Source of the DNA: an uncultured delta proteobacterium
Lineage (GTDB): Bacteria; Myxococcota; B64-G9
Length of the DNA stretch: 64,000 nucleotides
NCBI GenBank assembly: GCA_963754925.1
Contig: CAVWHX010000007.1
Location: 160,001-224,000 of the forward strand
Direction of reading: 5' to 3'
A program made the translations under genes and the position numbers. Of this stretch, positions 9,699 to 21,558 are shown piece after piece. Within the stretch, counting starts at the first letter, position 1, and every line of letters starts with the position of its first letter. The notes beneath the pieces are model-generated. The model was given only the letters and a program-made list of their open reading frames with translations. It did no database searches and was not told the DNA's origin.

Positions 9699-10965
9699 CT
9701 ATCCCTTCGGTTTTACGACTTGCAATTGGTGCAGCACGTGCCCCATTTTTTGCTGTTTCGTGTGGAGGTAGTCGGCATTAACTTGATTGACCGGAATTTC
9801 CACGGGCACGCGCTCGACCACTTCAAGATCGTAGCCCTCGAGTGCGATAATCTTCTTTGGATTGTTCGTCATCAACCGCATTCGGCGCACGCCAAGATCG
9901 CGCAGGATCTGCGCTCCTATGCCGTAGTCGCGCAAATCGGACTTAAATCCCAGTCGTTGGTTAGCCTCGACGGTGTCGTAGCCTTGATCCTGGAGCTGGT
10001 ACGCCTTCAGCTTGTTCACCAATCCGATACCCCGGCCCTCTTGGCGTAGGTATAAGAGCACCCCACGGCCTTCCTTTTCGATCATGGTCATAGCCCCCGC
10101 CAGTTGGTTGCCGCAGTCGCAGCGCAGGGAACCGAACACATCGCCGGTGAGGCATTCGCGAATGCACGCGGACCAATATCGGTTGCTCCGGGTTTATTTC
10201 GCCCTTCACCAGCGCAAGATGAGTATACGGATCGACATCGTTTTCGTAGGCGATCGCCAAAAACGGCCCGCCAAAACGCGTGGGGATGCGCGCCTCGACG
10301 ACGCGTCGCACCAGGGTTTCTCGGCTGATGCGATACTCAATGAGTTCGGCGATCGAAACGATGTTGAGGTGGTGGGTCCGGGCGAAAATTTCTAAATCCG
10401 GCATGCGCGCCATGCTGCCATCGTCTCTCATGATTTCGCAAATAACCCCCGCCGGTCGAAGCCCTGCCAAGCGCGCCAGGTCCACTGAACCTTCGGTCTG
10501 ACCGGTTCGAACCAAGACCCCACCCTTGCGGGCCCGCAAGGGAAAGACATGACCGGGCCGCACCAAGTCGCCGGGTTTAGCCTCTTCCGCCACTGCTGCC
10601 AGAATCGTGGCCGCGCGATCGGCGGCCGAGATGCCGGTGGTGACGCCGCGGCGCGCCTCAATTGAAACCGTAAATGCCGTCCCGAACGGCGCCTCGTTGT
10701 AGAGATCGTCCACCATCTGCGGAAGCTGGAGCTGGCGGATGGACTCTTCGGTGAGCGACAGACAAACTAACCCGCGGGCGTACTTGGTCATGAAATTGAT
10801 CGCCTCGGGGGTGACCAACTCGGCCGCAAGGCACAGATCGCCTTCGTTCTCGCGATCGGCGTCATCCACCAAGACGACCATCTTACCGGTTCGAATATCT
10901 TCGATCGCGCGTTGGACGCGCTCGAGAGCCTTCGTACTTTCAACGGGATCCATCATCGTATGCAC
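9699..10965 (-). CDS. ribBA: Bifunctional DHBP synthase / GTP cyclohydrolase II, one frameshift at ~10158
   Basis: DRENEGD and GQTEGSVDL (RibB); RVHS|ECLTGD joined across one extra base to [15 protein letters not shown] and [10 protein letters not shown] (RibA). Confidence 0.93.
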
Positions 10966-10996
10966 CCTACCTTAACCTCCCCTGTTAATTCAAGTA

Positions 10997-11632
10997 CTAC
11001 AAAAACCCATGCCGTCGTAAAAACTCCTCGTTAAGCTGACTACCCGATGAACTGCCCATAAAATGCTTCACGTACTTACCAAGTATATCGCTCTCGAGGT
11101 TGACACGATCACCGGGGCGAAGCTCAGATAGCTTAGTATTTTCAATGGTATAGGGTACAATACTTACCCGAAAGCGTTCGACCGATGGTTCATTGACCGT
11201 CAGGCTTACCCCATCGATCGCCACCGATCCTTTAGGCACGAGGAAGGGCCAAACATTTGCCGGCGCCTGCAACCACAAGTCCAAACCAGTATCCTGGGGG
11301 TGACGTGAAAGCACTTCCCCCACCCCATCGACATGGCCAGTCACCAGATGACCACCCAGTCGACCCCCGAGGGTCAAGGCTCGCTCCAGGTGAACCCGGT
11401 CGCTGACTCTTCGGTAACCGACCGTGGTGGCCGCGAGTGTTTCGTGGCTGATATCCAGAAGGACTTCACCCTTAACCACGTTGGTAACCGTCAGGCACAC
11501 GCCGTCGACGGCAACGGAATCGCCCGGCGCAAGACCATCCGAAAGCCGGGTGGCAATCCGAAGCTGCATTTCTTTTCCGGCGCGCTGGAGGTTGGTCAGC
11601 GTACCGATTTCTTCAATTATTCCGGTAAACAC
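10997..11632 (-). CDS. ribE: Riboflavin synthase
   Basis: MFTGIIEE start, GGHLVTGHVDG, KGSVAIDGVSLTVN. Confidence 0.95.
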   Translation of the reverse strand: MFTGIIEEIGTLTNLQRAGKEMQLRIATRLSDGLAPGDSVAVDGVCLTVTNVVKGEVLLDISHETLAATTVGYRRVSDRVHLERALTLGGRLGGHLVTGHVDGVGEVLSRHPQDTGLDLWLQAPANVWPFLVPKGSVAIDGVSLTVNEPSVERFRVSIVPYTIENTKLSELRPGDRVNLESDILGKYVKHFMGSSSGSQLNEEFLRRHGFL

Positions 11633-11685
11633 AGCCTCTCACCACCTTCCACAACTCTATTATGCACGAAAAACAACCCATTCGT

Positions 11686-12801
11686 CTATGGCCAGCACAA
11701 ACGGCCCGAGCAATGCGCATCGTTGCCGAGTTGACGGAAACGCACATCAACCAGTCGGGGTGCTTTCTCCGGCGTGCGCAATCCCTTCCACCGGACGAGC
11801 GGCACGCCCTCGGATCCAAGCACCAGGGGCGCTATAAACAGCTCCAATCTATCCACCAGCCGCTGGCTCATGAAGGCTCCGTGCACTTCAGAGCCGCCCT
11901 CAACCAGCAACCGATACACACCCCTATTGAAAAGCTCCCGAAGAACCACGTTGAGATTGAGGCGCGCACTCCCCCTGGTCGTCGAAAGTGCAACCACCTT
12001 CGCACCGGTAGATTCGAGCGCCCGACGTTTACGGGCATTCGCCGACGCGGCGCAAAAGACCCAGACGGGCGCGCCCCGGTTAATATGCAGCAACCGAGCT
12101 CGCGGCGAGAGCGATAGCTTTCCATCAAGCACCACGACTGCTGGGTTAGGCCCGCGAACGTGCCGGACCGTCAACTCCGGATCGTCAGCGGTCACGGTTC
12201 CGGCCCCGACCAGCACCGCATTTGCGGTAGCGCGTAGCCGGTGAGCCTCGCGGCGAGCCCGTTCGCCGGTGAGCCAACGTGAAGTCCTGGCCGCCGTGCC
12301 TATGCGTCCGTCTAAACTGGCAGCGGCTTTGAGAACCACCAACGGACGTCCTTCGCGAATAAACAGGTTGTAATCCTCATTGAGTTTTTTACATTGATCT
12401 TCAAGAACGCCCTCGATCACCTCAACGCCAGCGTGGCGTAACAGGTGAAGTCCTCCACCGCACTCTCGCGGGTTGGGATCGGTCGCCCCGACAAACACCC
12501 TGCGGATACCCGACTCCAGAATGCTGGAGGTGCAGGGCCCGGTGCGGCCAAAGCAATGGCAAGGCTCGAGCGTCACGTACAGATCGGCGCCCAGCGCTCG
12601 TCGACCCGCGTGTTCAAGCGCTTCGACTTCAGCGTGCGCTAGCCCCGGCCTATGGTGGTACCCCTCGCCGACGGTGCGCCCGCCTCGGACTACCACCGCC
12701 CCCACCATCGGGTTGGGCCAGGTCTGGCGATAGGCGCGCCGGGCAAGCACCAGCGCCCGCGCCATGTAACGCTCGGCCACGGCGGTGGAAGGTTTCATCA
12801 A
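11686..12801 (-). CDS. ribD: Bifunctional riboflavin deaminase/reductase
   Basis: [16 protein letters not shown].....PC, SLDG and VEGG motifs. Confidence 0.95.
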   Translation of the reverse strand: MMKPSTAVAERYMARALVLARRAYRQTWPNPMVGAVVVRGGRTVGEGYHHRPGLAHAEVEALEHAGRRALGADLYVTLEPCHCFGRTGPCTSSILESGIRRVFVGATDPNPRECGGGLHLLRHAGVEVIEGVLEDQCKKLNEDYNLFIREGRPLVVLKAAASLDGRIGTAARTSRWLTGERARREAHRLRATANAVLVGAGTVTADDPELTVRHVRGPNPAVVVLDGKLSLSPRARLLHINRGAPVWVFCAASANARKRRALESTGAKVVALSTTRGSARLNLNVVLRELFNRGVYRLLVEGGSEVHGAFMSQRLVDRLELFIAPLVLGSEGVPLVRWKGLRTPEKAPRLVDVRFRQLGNDAHCSGRLCWP

Positions 12802-13277
12802 TTCTCTCGCTTATACTTGCGCCGGTCATCTCGAATGAGTTCTTGCAGCTGTGTCATAAATTGACTGAGATCCTTAAAGGAATGATACACACTGGCGAAA
12901 CGCACATAGGCGACGTCATCGAGCCCGCGCAAGTAGCGCATGACTTCCTCGCCCAGCAGTTGACTTGACACCTCGCGTTCGCCCCGCTCCTGCAGCCGAC
13001 GCTCGAGCTCATCGACGAAGCGCTCGATCTCATCGGTGCTGATTGGTCGCTTCTCGCACGCCTTGAGAATCCCGCTGCTCAGTTTTTCGCGGTCGAACTG
13101 CTCGCGCCGGCCGTCTTTCTTCACCACAAACGGCACGGTGGCTTCAACTTTTTCATAGGTGGTGAAGCGCCGCTTGCAGTCAGCGCATTCTCGGCGGCGG
13201 CGGATGGCTTGACCATCCATGCTCACGCGTGAGTCAAGCACCTTATTATGAATTTTTCCGCAGAACGGGCACTTCAC
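12798..13277 (-). CDS. nrdR: Transcriptional repressor NrdR
   Basis: CPFC...RRRREC..C..RFTTYE, ATP cone, [10 protein letters not shown]. Confidence 0.97.
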   Translation of the reverse strand: MKCPFCGKIHNKVLDSRVSMDGQAIRRRRECADCKRRFTTYEKVEATVPFVVKKDGRREQFDREKLSSGILKACEKRPISTDEIERFVDELERRLQERGEREVSSQLLGEEVMRYLRGLDDVAYVRFASVYHSFKDLSQFMTQLQELIRDDRRKYKREN

Positions 13278-13280
13278 CGT

Positions 13281-13748
13281 TTACCTCCCGCTCGGCTCGG
13301 ATGGCACCTCTAATCGTATCAGCTCGAGGCCGGCTTCAGCCGCCATCTCCTGTGCGAGACGATCGTCATAGAGACCGCAGAAGAATACCCGCTTGATACC
13401 AGCGTTAACGATCATCTTGACACAGATGACACAGGGACTGATGGTGCAGTACATGGCTGCGTCGCGAATGGCCACGCCATGATACGAAGCCTGGATGATA
13501 GCGTTCTGTTCGGCATGCAAGCCGCGGCAGAGCTCGGCGCGCTCACCCGAGGGAATATTTCGCTGCTCGCGCAGACACCCCACCGCAGAACAGTGGGCGA
13601 GACCCTTGGGGGCGCCGTTATAGCCGGTCGCCAGAACCATGCGATCCTTAACCATGACCGCCCCCACGCGCCTTCGCAGACAGGTCGATCGCTGCTCGGC
13701 GAGCCTGGCAAAGTTCATGAAATACGTATCCCAGTCCGGCCTCGTCAT
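13281..13748 (-). CDS. dCMP deaminase family protein
   Basis: [31 protein letters not shown]. Confidence 0.9.
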   Translation of the reverse strand: MTRPDWDTYFMNFARLAEQRSTCLRRRVGAVMVKDRMVLATGYNGAPKGLAHCSAVGCLREQRNIPSGERAELCRGLHAEQNAIIQASYHGVAIRDAAMYCTISPCVICVKMIVNAGIKRVFFCGLYDDRLAQEMAAEAGLELIRLEVPSEPSGR

Positions 13749-14215
13749 GAGCAACCCGTTCCGCCTACGTGCTCAACCTTCGCCACGCGACGGGCATGGC
13801 GGCCACTCTCGAAGGAATTTTCGAGGAACGTCTTGAGAATATCCTCGGCCTCTCCGAACCCCAGCACCCGTCCTCCCAGGCACAGCACGTTGGCGTTGTT
13901 ATGGGCTCGCGCCATCCGCGCCATGTAAGCCGACGTGCACACAGCTGCGCGCACCCCCGGAAAACGGTTGGCGGTAATCGACATGCCGATGCCGGTACCG
14001 CATATCAATACACCGAGTCGATCGCTCGAAGCCACCACCCGGTGAACGAGCGCGGCCGCATAGTCCGGATAGTCGACGGCTTCCAATCCGGTGGTGCCAA
14101 GGTCCTCAACGGGATACCCCCACCCCTGCAGCAAACTAACCAGGTGGGATTTGAGGTTATAGCCACCGTGATCTGAGGCTATCACTACCGTACGTTTATC
14201 GGTGGTACCTTTCAT
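13745..14215 (-). CDS. rpiB: Ribose-5-phosphate isomerase B
   Basis: SDHGG, DYPD, CGTGIG, HNNAN and GRHARRV motifs. Confidence 0.95.
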   Translation of the reverse strand: MKGTTDKRTVVIASDHGGYNLKSHLVSLLQGWGYPVEDLGTTGLEAVDYPDYAAALVHRVVASSDRLGVLICGTGIGMSITANRFPGVRAAVCTSAYMARMARAHNNANVLCLGGRVLGFGEAEDILKTFLENSFESGRHARRVAKVEHVGGTGCS

Positions 14216-14255
14216 GCAGCCCTCTCTCATCCCAACGGGATCGTGGGCGTTGCGG

Positions 14256-14504
14256 TCACTCCTTGACCCGTTTGCGCAAAAACGCCACGATATCGCTTAT
14301 GGTAACCATTTTTTCCTCGAGCTCATCCTCGGGGATTTCGTCGAGGTTGAGCTTGAAGGCTTCTTCAACCTCCATCAGAATCGTGTAGCGGTCAAGGGAT
14401 GTCGCGCCGAGGTCATCTTTGAGGGAAGCTTCGAGCCGAATGTTGGCAACATCAATCTTGAGTATCGCGCTGATGATTTGTTTTACCCGTTCTTCTAAAG
14501 TCAT
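14256..14504 (-). CDS. acpP: Acyl carrier protein (atypical DLGATSLD motif)
   Basis: 82-aa acidic protein, DDLGAtSLD...MEVEEAF; position after fabD. Confidence 0.8.
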   Translation of the reverse strand: MTLEERVKQIISAILKIDVANIRLEASLKDDLGATSLDRYTILMEVEEAFKLNLDEIPEDELEEKMVTISDIVAFLRKRVKE

Positions 14505-14521
14505 AGATATTTCCCTTGGTT

Positions 14522-15499
14522 TTAACCGTTGTCTGCGGTTTTTAGTCGGAACACGTCCATAAGCCGACCCGAGGTCACGGGACGGTTGAACCAGCGCGCA
14601 TCAACCGAACGGTCTATTCTGCGCACGAGCCCCGCCAAAACACCATGGGGGCCAAGCTCGGCAAATAATCGACACCCCTGTCGCAACGCCCAGTGAACAC
14701 ACTCCTCCCAACGCACCGGACGGGTCATCTGTTCGGCAAGTTTGGTGCGGATGCTGTCCGGATCGGCGTGCGGTTCAGCGGTGACATTTGACAACACCGG
14801 CACGGCCGGGACGCGCAGGGGCACGGTTGCGAGCACCTCGCTCAACTGCGTTGCGGCCTTCTGCATGAGCGCACAGTGACAGGGCACCGAGACGCGCAGG
14901 CGCACCACCCGGCGCGCTCCGGCACGCTGCAAGGCAGTCTCGGCGCGCGCCAGGGCTGCGGCGTGGCCGGAAATCACCACTTGCCCGGGCGCATTGAAAT
15001 TGGTCACCGCCAGGATCTCGTTCGCGCGCACCTCTTGACAGACCGCTTCGACGCTCTCGGCCGGAAGTCCGATGACCGCGGCCATACCGCCGAGCCCAGC
15101 GGCGCCCGCAGCCGCCATAAATTCCCCTCGTCGAGCAATGCAGCGCAGGGCTTGCGCAAAATCGATTGCATCGCCTGCGACCAACGCAGCGAACTCCCCA
15201 GCCGAATGACCCAGGCAAACAGCCGGAGACAACCCCATGTGTTCCTGGAGATCGCGTAAGATTGCAATCGATACCGTGAGCAAGGCTGGTTGCGCTTTAT
15301 CGGTGCGGTTGAGCTCCTGCTCGGGGCCGTCGCGACAGAGGGTTGAGACCGACCAACCTAAAACGTCATCGGCCTCCTCAAAGACACGTCGCGCCGCGCC
15401 CGTGCCGTGCATATACTCCCGACCCATTCCCAATGACTGAGAACCCTGCCCGGGAAACATCAGCGCAATGGGTTGGCATGAACAAGTCTCGGTTGACAT
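14522..15499 (-). CDS. fabD: Malonyl-CoA:ACP transacylase
   Basis: FPGQGSQ, GHSAGE, N.PGQVVISG, PVRW. Confidence 0.93.
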   Translation of the reverse strand: MSTETCSCQPIALMFPGQGSQSLGMGREYMHGTGAARRVFEEADDVLGWSVSTLCRDGPEQELNRTDKAQPALLTVSIAILRDLQEHMGLSPAVCLGHSAGEFAALVAGDAIDFAQALRCIARRGEFMAAAGAAGLGGMAAVIGLPAESVEAVCQEVRANEILAVTNFNAPGQVVISGHAAALARAETALQRAGARRVVRLRVSVPCHCALMQKAATQLSEVLATVPLRVPAVPVLSNVTAEPHADPDSIRTKLAEQMTRPVRWEECVHWALRQGCRLFAELGPHGVLAGLVRRIDRSVDARWFNRPVTSGRLMDVFRLKTADNG

Positions 15500-15517
15500 G
15501 GGCGTAGCGGCGGCCGA

Positions 15518-15697
15518 TTACGATGAAACCACGACGACCTGCCGACCCTTGTAGTAGCCGCATTTTGGACACACGCGGTGAGGCAGCATCGGTTCTGTGC
15601 ATTGAGGACAGTCGATGACGTTCGGCGCCTTAATTTTAAAATGGGACCGCCGCTGATCTCTCCGCGCCTTGGATTTTCTTTTCTTGGGGACAGCCAT
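15518..15697 (-). CDS. rpmF: 50S ribosomal protein L32 (59 aa; absent from the ORF track)
   Basis: Hand translation [19 protein letters not shown]...CPQC...[13 protein letters not shown]. Confidence 0.95.
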   Translation of the reverse strand: MAVPKKRKSKARRDQRRSHFKIKAPNVIDCPQCTEPMLPHRVCPKCGYYKGRQVVVVSS

Positions 15698-15743
15698 GAT
15701 AATGAAGCTCCTTCACGGTGGTGAATTAACCGCTTGTTGAAGG

Positions 15744-16280
15744 TTAATGAACGAGTGATTTTAGTACGTTCCAACGGGGATCGGCCTCCTTTTGGCCGCA
15801 GCCACAGGCCCCCTGGTTCAGATCCTGCCCGCAGGTGGCGCACAACCCCCGGCATTCTTCGGAGCACCGCGGAAACATCGGTAACGCCAACAAAATCTGT
15901 TCGCGCAGAATATCGCCGAGATCAATCAGCTCATGGTCGTAGAACTCTTGGTCAAGATCCTCACTCGTGAGTTCCTGCTCACTCGGCAGCGGGTCTTGAT
16001 GCAGCGGCCGGGGCCTCAGGGTAAGCTGAAAGTCTATCGGCAGATCGAAACGAAAGTTTTTCAGGCACCGTGAGCATTCGGCATCGAGACACATAAGGAA
16101 TTTCGCTTGCAGAACCACGTCGTTGCCCACCCGCTGAACTCGACCCCGGAACACCTGAGCTGAAGAAGCGCGACAACCGGCTTGTTGTCCTCCATCGAGA
16201 AAACTCTCGAGCCAGTTCACCTCGAGGGTTTTCTCAATCTCGACCGGTTCCTCGGGAAGTTCCAAAACAGGCAGTTGCAC
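15744..16280 (-). CDS. yceD: YceD/DUF177 protein
   Basis: C.RCL, EQILLALPM..C...C.GLC..CG..LN...C.C...DPRW; upstream of rpmF. Confidence 0.9.
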   Translation of the reverse strand: MQLPVLELPEEPVEIEKTLEVNWLESFLDGGQQAGCRASSAQVFRGRVQRVGNDVVLQAKFLMCLDAECSRCLKNFRFDLPIDFQLTLRPRPLHQDPLPSEQELTSEDLDQEFYDHELIDLGDILREQILLALPMFPRCSEECRGLCATCGQDLNQGACGCGQKEADPRWNVLKSLVH

Positions 16281-16416
16281 CGGATCTCCTTCTCATCGCA
16301 AAACAAACTTGGCAGTAAGTATAAACGGCGCAACGATCTTGTCAATCGGAAAGCTACCGTTGGCGGCTTTCGGACCGAGTTAATGCCCATTGACACGACC
16401 ACGGGTACCCGCGATA

Positions 16417-16490
<74 letters not shown>

Positions 16491-16550
16491 ATGACGCCGA
16501 AAGAATCATACCCACCTGCAAGAAGGGGTCAAGAGAAAAAAATGATATGA

Positions 16551-16910
16551 TTACGTTGCAGCGCCGTTTTTGCTTTGACTGAGGTACCTATCGACCACCC
16601 AGCGAATAACATCCCTGCCCGCATCCGTGATGCTTAAGAATCGAATTGCAAAACCGGTTGGCTCTTGTCGCTGAACCCAAACGACCTCTGCTTCAGCCTT
16701 TATCGGTATATCAATCTTCGGAAGGTAGAGTAAAACCGATACCCGCGTTTCGACCTCAATTGGCTTGTCGGCCAACAAAAACGCACCGCCGGCGCTAATG
16801 TTCTTGGATAAATAATTCTGAGCAGTACCAGCGTGATTAACTTGGATTATCACCCCAATGGGCGCGCGCGGGTGTTGACGTTGATTAGAAAACTCTTTCT
16901 CGCCGACCAT
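16551..16910 (-). CDS. PilZ-domain protein
   Basis: RQHPR and NISAGG (RxxxR / D/NxSxxG) c-di-GMP motifs. Confidence 0.85.
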   Translation of the reverse strand: MVGEKEFSNQRQHPRAPIGVIIQVNHAGTAQNYLSKNISAGGAFLLADKPIEVETRVSVLLYLPKIDIPIKAEAEVVWVQRQEPTGFAIRFLSITDAGRDVIRWVVDRYLSQSKNGAAT

Positions 16911-17076
16911 CGGTTTAGGTTTCTTCCGAGAAGTTCACGGTCACCTTCACAAAAAACGTATCTTGATGACTGCTGTGCTGACGAACCGTATTAATTATTG
17001 TTCAGATATATAATATATTTTCTTTGCTCATTGCAACTTAATAATTACTGTCACCGAACCCCTTTGGGGCACGTCG

Positions 17077-18928
17077 CTATCCTGGAAACGATACCTCAAG
17101 AGCCGATCGATCACCGCTCTTGACGCCTTCCCCCAGAACTTTCACCTGGGGAAGAATATTGTTTACAAAATAACTCGCCGAAGCGATACGAGCTTGGTAG
17201 AACGTAGCCTCGCTGTTCTGAGAGATACGCTGAGCCCGCGCCTGCGGCGTTGAGGCACCCGCCGTGCGCACGATCGACGCCAGACGTTCGTTGGCGTTCA
17301 CCGCTGCATCCACGAGATAGTAGGCGGTGGCTACGTGTCCAAACAGCTCCAGGTACGGGGTGGCGTGCAGCAGCGCATATGCCGGGTCTTTCTTCATTAC
17401 CTCTCCAAGTTTCACTGAAATATCGGCAAGCAGCGCTGTGGCTTCCGAAAGTTTATGAAGCAGCGGAGCCAGTTCGGATCCCGGCGGTTGTTGCTGGATA
17501 AACGAGTTAATCATATCTAGGTACTCTTTCAAATATGCACCGTTATTCACCATCACTTTTCGACCGAGCAAATCCATGGCCTGAATGCCGGTGGTGCCTT
17601 CGTAAATTGAGGAAATCTTTTGGTCGCGCAGGTATTGCTCGACCGGATATTCCTGACAATATCCATAACCGCCGAGTACCTGGACCGCCATTTCATTGAC
17701 GCGAAACCCTATGTCCGAGGCATAGCCTTTGCAAATGGGCGTCAGCAGTTCCACCACGTGCAGATGGCGTTCGCGCTCGGCGGCGGTCGCTGCGTGCTCG
17801 GAGCGATCGATGTGTTGAGCAACCGCCAACATCATCGAACGCATTCCGTCCACAACGGCTTTCATCCACAGCAGCATCCGGCGGATATCCGGGTGTTCGA
17901 CGATCGGCGCCCGCGGAGCGAGAGCATCCTTCGCGGCCGCAATGGGTGCGCCCTGAAGGCGCTCCCGCGCATAACCGAGAGCGCTCAAATATCCCGCCGA
18001 CGCCAAGGCCAATCCCTGAACCCCAATTCCCAGCCGCTCCTCATTCATCATTTGGAACATCAACCGCATGCCTTGGTTTTCATCACCCAGGAGCCATCCC
18101 ATGCATCTGCCCTCGTCTCCAAAATTGATGGTGCAGGTCGGCGACGACTTGATGCCCATTTTGTGCTCGATGTTGCCGCACATGAGATCGTTGCGCGGTC
18201 CTAAACTGCCGTCGCCGTTGACGAGGTATTTCGGCACCACAAAAAGGCTGATGCCCTTGGTGCCCGGCGGAGCACCCTCCACCCGGGCTAAGGTCAGATG
18301 AATAATGTTTTCCGCCATATCGTGTTCGCCGCCGGAAATGAAAATCTTGCTGCCGCTGATGAGGTAATGATCGCCATGGCGTTTGGCCGAACTTTTGAGG
18401 TTGCCCAGATCGCTACCCGCGGACGATTCGGTCAGGCACATGGTCCCGCCCCATTGACCGCTGTACATTTTTTCGCAGTACCGCTTTCGCAGCTCGGGGC
18501 TACCGAATTTATCGATCAGGTGCGCCGCGCCCTCGGTCAAAATCGTGGTGAGAAACAGACCCGCGTTTGCACCGAAAAAAATCTCGGCGCACGCCTGGCG
18601 AATCATTTGCGGCAAGCCCTGGCCTCCGACATCGGGATCATGAACCATGCCGATCCAGCCGCCTTCGGTGAAACGCCGCCACGCTTCCTTGAATCCTTGC
18701 GGCGTGTGCACCACGCCGTTATCGTACCGGCAGCCTTCGCGATCGCCCGGGGCGTTCAAGGGCGCCAATACCTCCGTGGCTGATTTTAATCGCCTCGTTC
18801 AGCACCAGTTCGAACTGTTCGTGATCGCAGTGCCGAAACGCGGGCAATTCACAGAGTCGATCTATCTGCAACTGCTCGAACAACACAAAATGAATGTCGC
18901 GCTTGTTAACCGAATATTCCGTAGGCAT
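17077..18928 (-). CDS. Acyl-CoA dehydrogenase, frameshift at ~18775
   Basis: MCLTE..AGSD, GSKIFIS.G, EHKMGI, Q.LGGYGY and IYEGT; N-terminus MPTEYSVNKRDIHFVLFE lies in the other frame. Confidence 0.9.
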
Positions 18929-19098
18929 GATGGGCGCCTCCAACGGTGAAGACAACGTCCGCACGGTAGCACACGAGAAAACAACCTGGCAACTTATTTT
19001 GACATCTGAGTCAATGATATATGCAAACGATACTTTGAAAAACATTTCACTGGTCGTCGGGGGAAACGGAACGGTCCTTCACTCGAGGTTGAGGGGAG

Positions 19099-19125
19099 AG
19101 GGACGGGCATAACACCTGTCCCTAC
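19099..19125. repeat. Single GTAG-type REP-like hairpin
   Basis: Minus strand GTAGGGACAGGTGTTATGCCCGTCCCT. Confidence 0.5.
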
Positions 19126-19179
19126 AAGAAGTTAACGTATTTATTCAATAAATAACTTGAACCAGGTTAGCAGCGATGG

Positions 19180-19956
19180 TTAGTTGGCGCCTTCATCGCT
19201 TGGTGACAGCGCCGATCGTCCCTTAATTCGACCGGAACGGTCAACGGACATGCCTTCGGGGAGAATCCCTTCGACCTTCTTTCGGTAACCCCGAACATCC
19301 CAACCGAGCTTCTGCAGCGCCAAGGCTACCGACGCCCTCAAGCGAACCGGCGTATCTTCATCAACCAGAAGCTGCAGCATCGCCTCGCGGGCGGTCTCGT
19401 CCGCCTTGCGGGTCAAAGCCTCCAGGGTCTCGATTTGCACCTCGTCCCGGTGGTCGTGCAAAAACGGGATCAACGCCGGCACGACGCGCGGATCGTTGTA
19501 TTCCGCCAACTGCGATACCAGAAGCGCCTTGCGCTCCGGTTCGCGGGTATAGCTGGTCCCTAGACGCGTAAGCGCCCGGATAATCACCGCAACCGCTTCG
19601 TCGGGAGACGCCACCGCTGCCAGAACTTTCAACGGCCAGGTGATCGGCACACTGGCGGCATCCTTGCGGTTGAGGTACTCCTCGATGGCCGGGATTACAG
19701 CGGCGCCAAAGCCGACGAGGATCTCAAAGACCTCCTGTTTCTCCTCTTCGTCCCTGATGCTCGCGTCGGTGTTGATCATGAAGCGTTCCAGCAACCCCAC
19801 GGCGCCTTCCCGACCACCCAATTCTTTGAAAAATTCCATCGCGCGGTGGCGGTCTTCCCCAAAACCAAATTTGTTTTTTATCCGCCTTTTGTGACGGGCA
19901 ATTAGTTTGGCCTGGTGTTTGGCGCGCCACGCCTCGAGTAGGGTGGAAAACATCAT
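19180..19956 (-). CDS. HEAT-repeat protein
   Basis: DPRVVPALIPFL.D...EVQ...L.AL helical repeats. Confidence 0.7.
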   Translation of the reverse strand: MMFSTLLEAWRAKHQAKLIARHKRRIKNKFGFGEDRHRAMEFFKELGGREGAVGLLERFMINTDASIRDEEEKQEVFEILVGFGAAVIPAIEEYLNRKDAASVPITWPLKVLAAVASPDEAVAVIIRALTRLGTSYTREPERKALLVSQLAEYNDPRVVPALIPFLHDHRDEVQIETLEALTRKADETAREAMLQLLVDEDTPVRLRASVALALQKLGWDVRGYRKKVEGILPEGMSVDRSGRIKGRSALSPSDEGAN

Positions 19957-20603
19957 TTGCTGACTTTCCAGGACATAACTGCCGTACCCAAAGCGCTGGA
20001 TACTTTAAGGGATACCTCAGAATCGTTTTCCGACACCGTCATGCCGTTCTGCTGTTGGAACGGGAACACCACCAGGTAGGCGCGCCCAAAATCATTCATG
20101 AAAGGAAAGAACGCGCGGGCATTGGGTCCACGATCGCGGAACCGTCTGATCACAACCGGATCAATACCCGATGGTTGAGCTCCGGCCCACAACCCTACCC
20201 TCCATACCGAATCGCGTTCATCCAGGTTGTTCCAGCCATTCTCGGGGGTATCCGCATATACGAAAAACTCGAGCCCTTGCCCGGTCGAGGTGGCAACCTT
20301 CTCGAGATCAGTGTCGACCTGGGTTGGATTCATGCCGAAGAACATAGTGTATTGATCCCTAAACGCCTGACGGAATTCGGGTGAAAGGTAGGTTGCTTGA
20401 ACGACCATGATTCGGTCCAAGCTATAGTAGATTCTGTCACCCCGCGTCCAGCGCAGAAGCTCCTCTTCGTATTTCTTATCGAGATGGTGGACGCTGCGGA
20501 CATTGATCTCCGGAGCACAGGAATACAGCCAGCTCAAAGCCATTCCACACACCATCAGCGCATAGATCTTTCCATTAAGTATGTGTCGCGTTCGATGTAT
20601 CAA
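19953..20603 (-). CDS. Hypothetical lipoprotein
   Basis: Hydrophobic stretch ending LYSC; coupled to the neighbouring ORF. Confidence 0.55.
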   Translation of the reverse strand: MIHRTRHILNGKIYALMVCGMALSWLYSCAPEINVRSVHHLDKKYEEELLRWTRGDRIYYSLDRIMVVQATYLSPEFRQAFRDQYTMFFGMNPTQVDTDLEKVATSTGQGLEFFVYADTPENGWNNLDERDSVWRVGLWAGAQPSGIDPVVIRRFRDRGPNARAFFPFMNDFGRAYLVVFPFQQQNGMTVSENDSEVSLKVSSALGTAVMSWKVSK

Positions 20604-20675
20604 AAAAACTCCTTCTCGCCCAACAAAACAAACTGATGTGCACCATCAATTCCCCAATAATGCGCTATCATGCCC

Positions 20676-21557
20676 TCACTCGCTCTGAAGGTCAACTTCG
20701 GGCAACGGGAGCGATATATCGTGGCACGCATCAAGGGTCGCCGCCGCCCGATACGAACTACGCACCAAGGTTCCCGCAATCACCTGCAGAAATCCAAACT
20801 CCTTGCCAACCTGGCGATAGCGTTCGTATTCAGCCTCTTCTACCATGCGTGCGACCGGCAGGTGCTGGTGCGAAGGGCGTAAGTATTGCCCGATGGTAAC
20901 CACCTGACAACCGACGCTGCGCAACCGAGCGAGCGTTTCAATCACTTCTTTTTCGCTCTCGCCGAGCCCGACCATCAGCCCGGATTTGCAGAAACCGGTT
21001 CCTCCGGAAGCCGCGTCGTTCAAGACCGCGAGCGAACGAGCGAAATCAGCCAGGGGACGAACCGTCGGGTATAGCCGCGGCACGCATTCGACATTGTGAT
21101 TGAAAACTTCGGGTGCTGCGGCCAAGACCGATCGCAGCGCCTCCCGGTTACCTCGAAAATCCGGAACTAACACCTCAATCGTGCTGCCCTGGTTTAACGC
21201 GCGCACCGCTCTGATACAAGCGGCAATATGAGCCGCGCCGCCATCGGCAAGGTCGTCGCGCGTAACCGAGGTAATGACAGCATGGCGTACATCGAGATCG
21301 CGCACCGCCTCGGCTACCCTGCGCGGCTCATCCCGATCCGGCGCGGCCGGAGGCCGGTCCTTGAGCACGGCGCAAAAGCGACAGCTTCGGGTGCAGACCG
21401 CGCCCAATACCAAAAAAGTCGCCGTCTGCCGGGCAAAGCAGTCTCCAATATTGGGACACCTACCCTCCTCGCAAACCGTATGGAGTTGCGCCCTTCTCAA
21501 GCGCACCTTGAGGGCATGGCGTTCGGAAGGTCGACCAAGGATACGAACACCGCTCAC
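20676..21557 (-). CDS. lipA: Lipoyl synthase
   Basis: CEEGRCPNIGDC, CTRSCRFC, VITSV.RDD, RSSY. Confidence 0.95.
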   Translation of the reverse strand: MSGVRILGRPSERHALKVRLRRAQLHTVCEEGRCPNIGDCFARQTATFLVLGAVCTRSCRFCAVLKDRPPAAPDRDEPRRVAEAVRDLDVRHAVITSVTRDDLADGGAAHIAACIRAVRALNQGSTIEVLVPDFRGNREALRSVLAAAPEVFNHNVECVPRLYPTVRPLADFARSLAVLNDAASGGTGFCKSGLMVGLGESEKEVIETLARLRSVGCQVVTIGQYLRPSHQHLPVARMVEEAEYERYRQVGKEFGFLQVIAGTLVRSSYRAAATLDACHDISLPLPEVDLQSE

Positions 21558-21558
21558 C

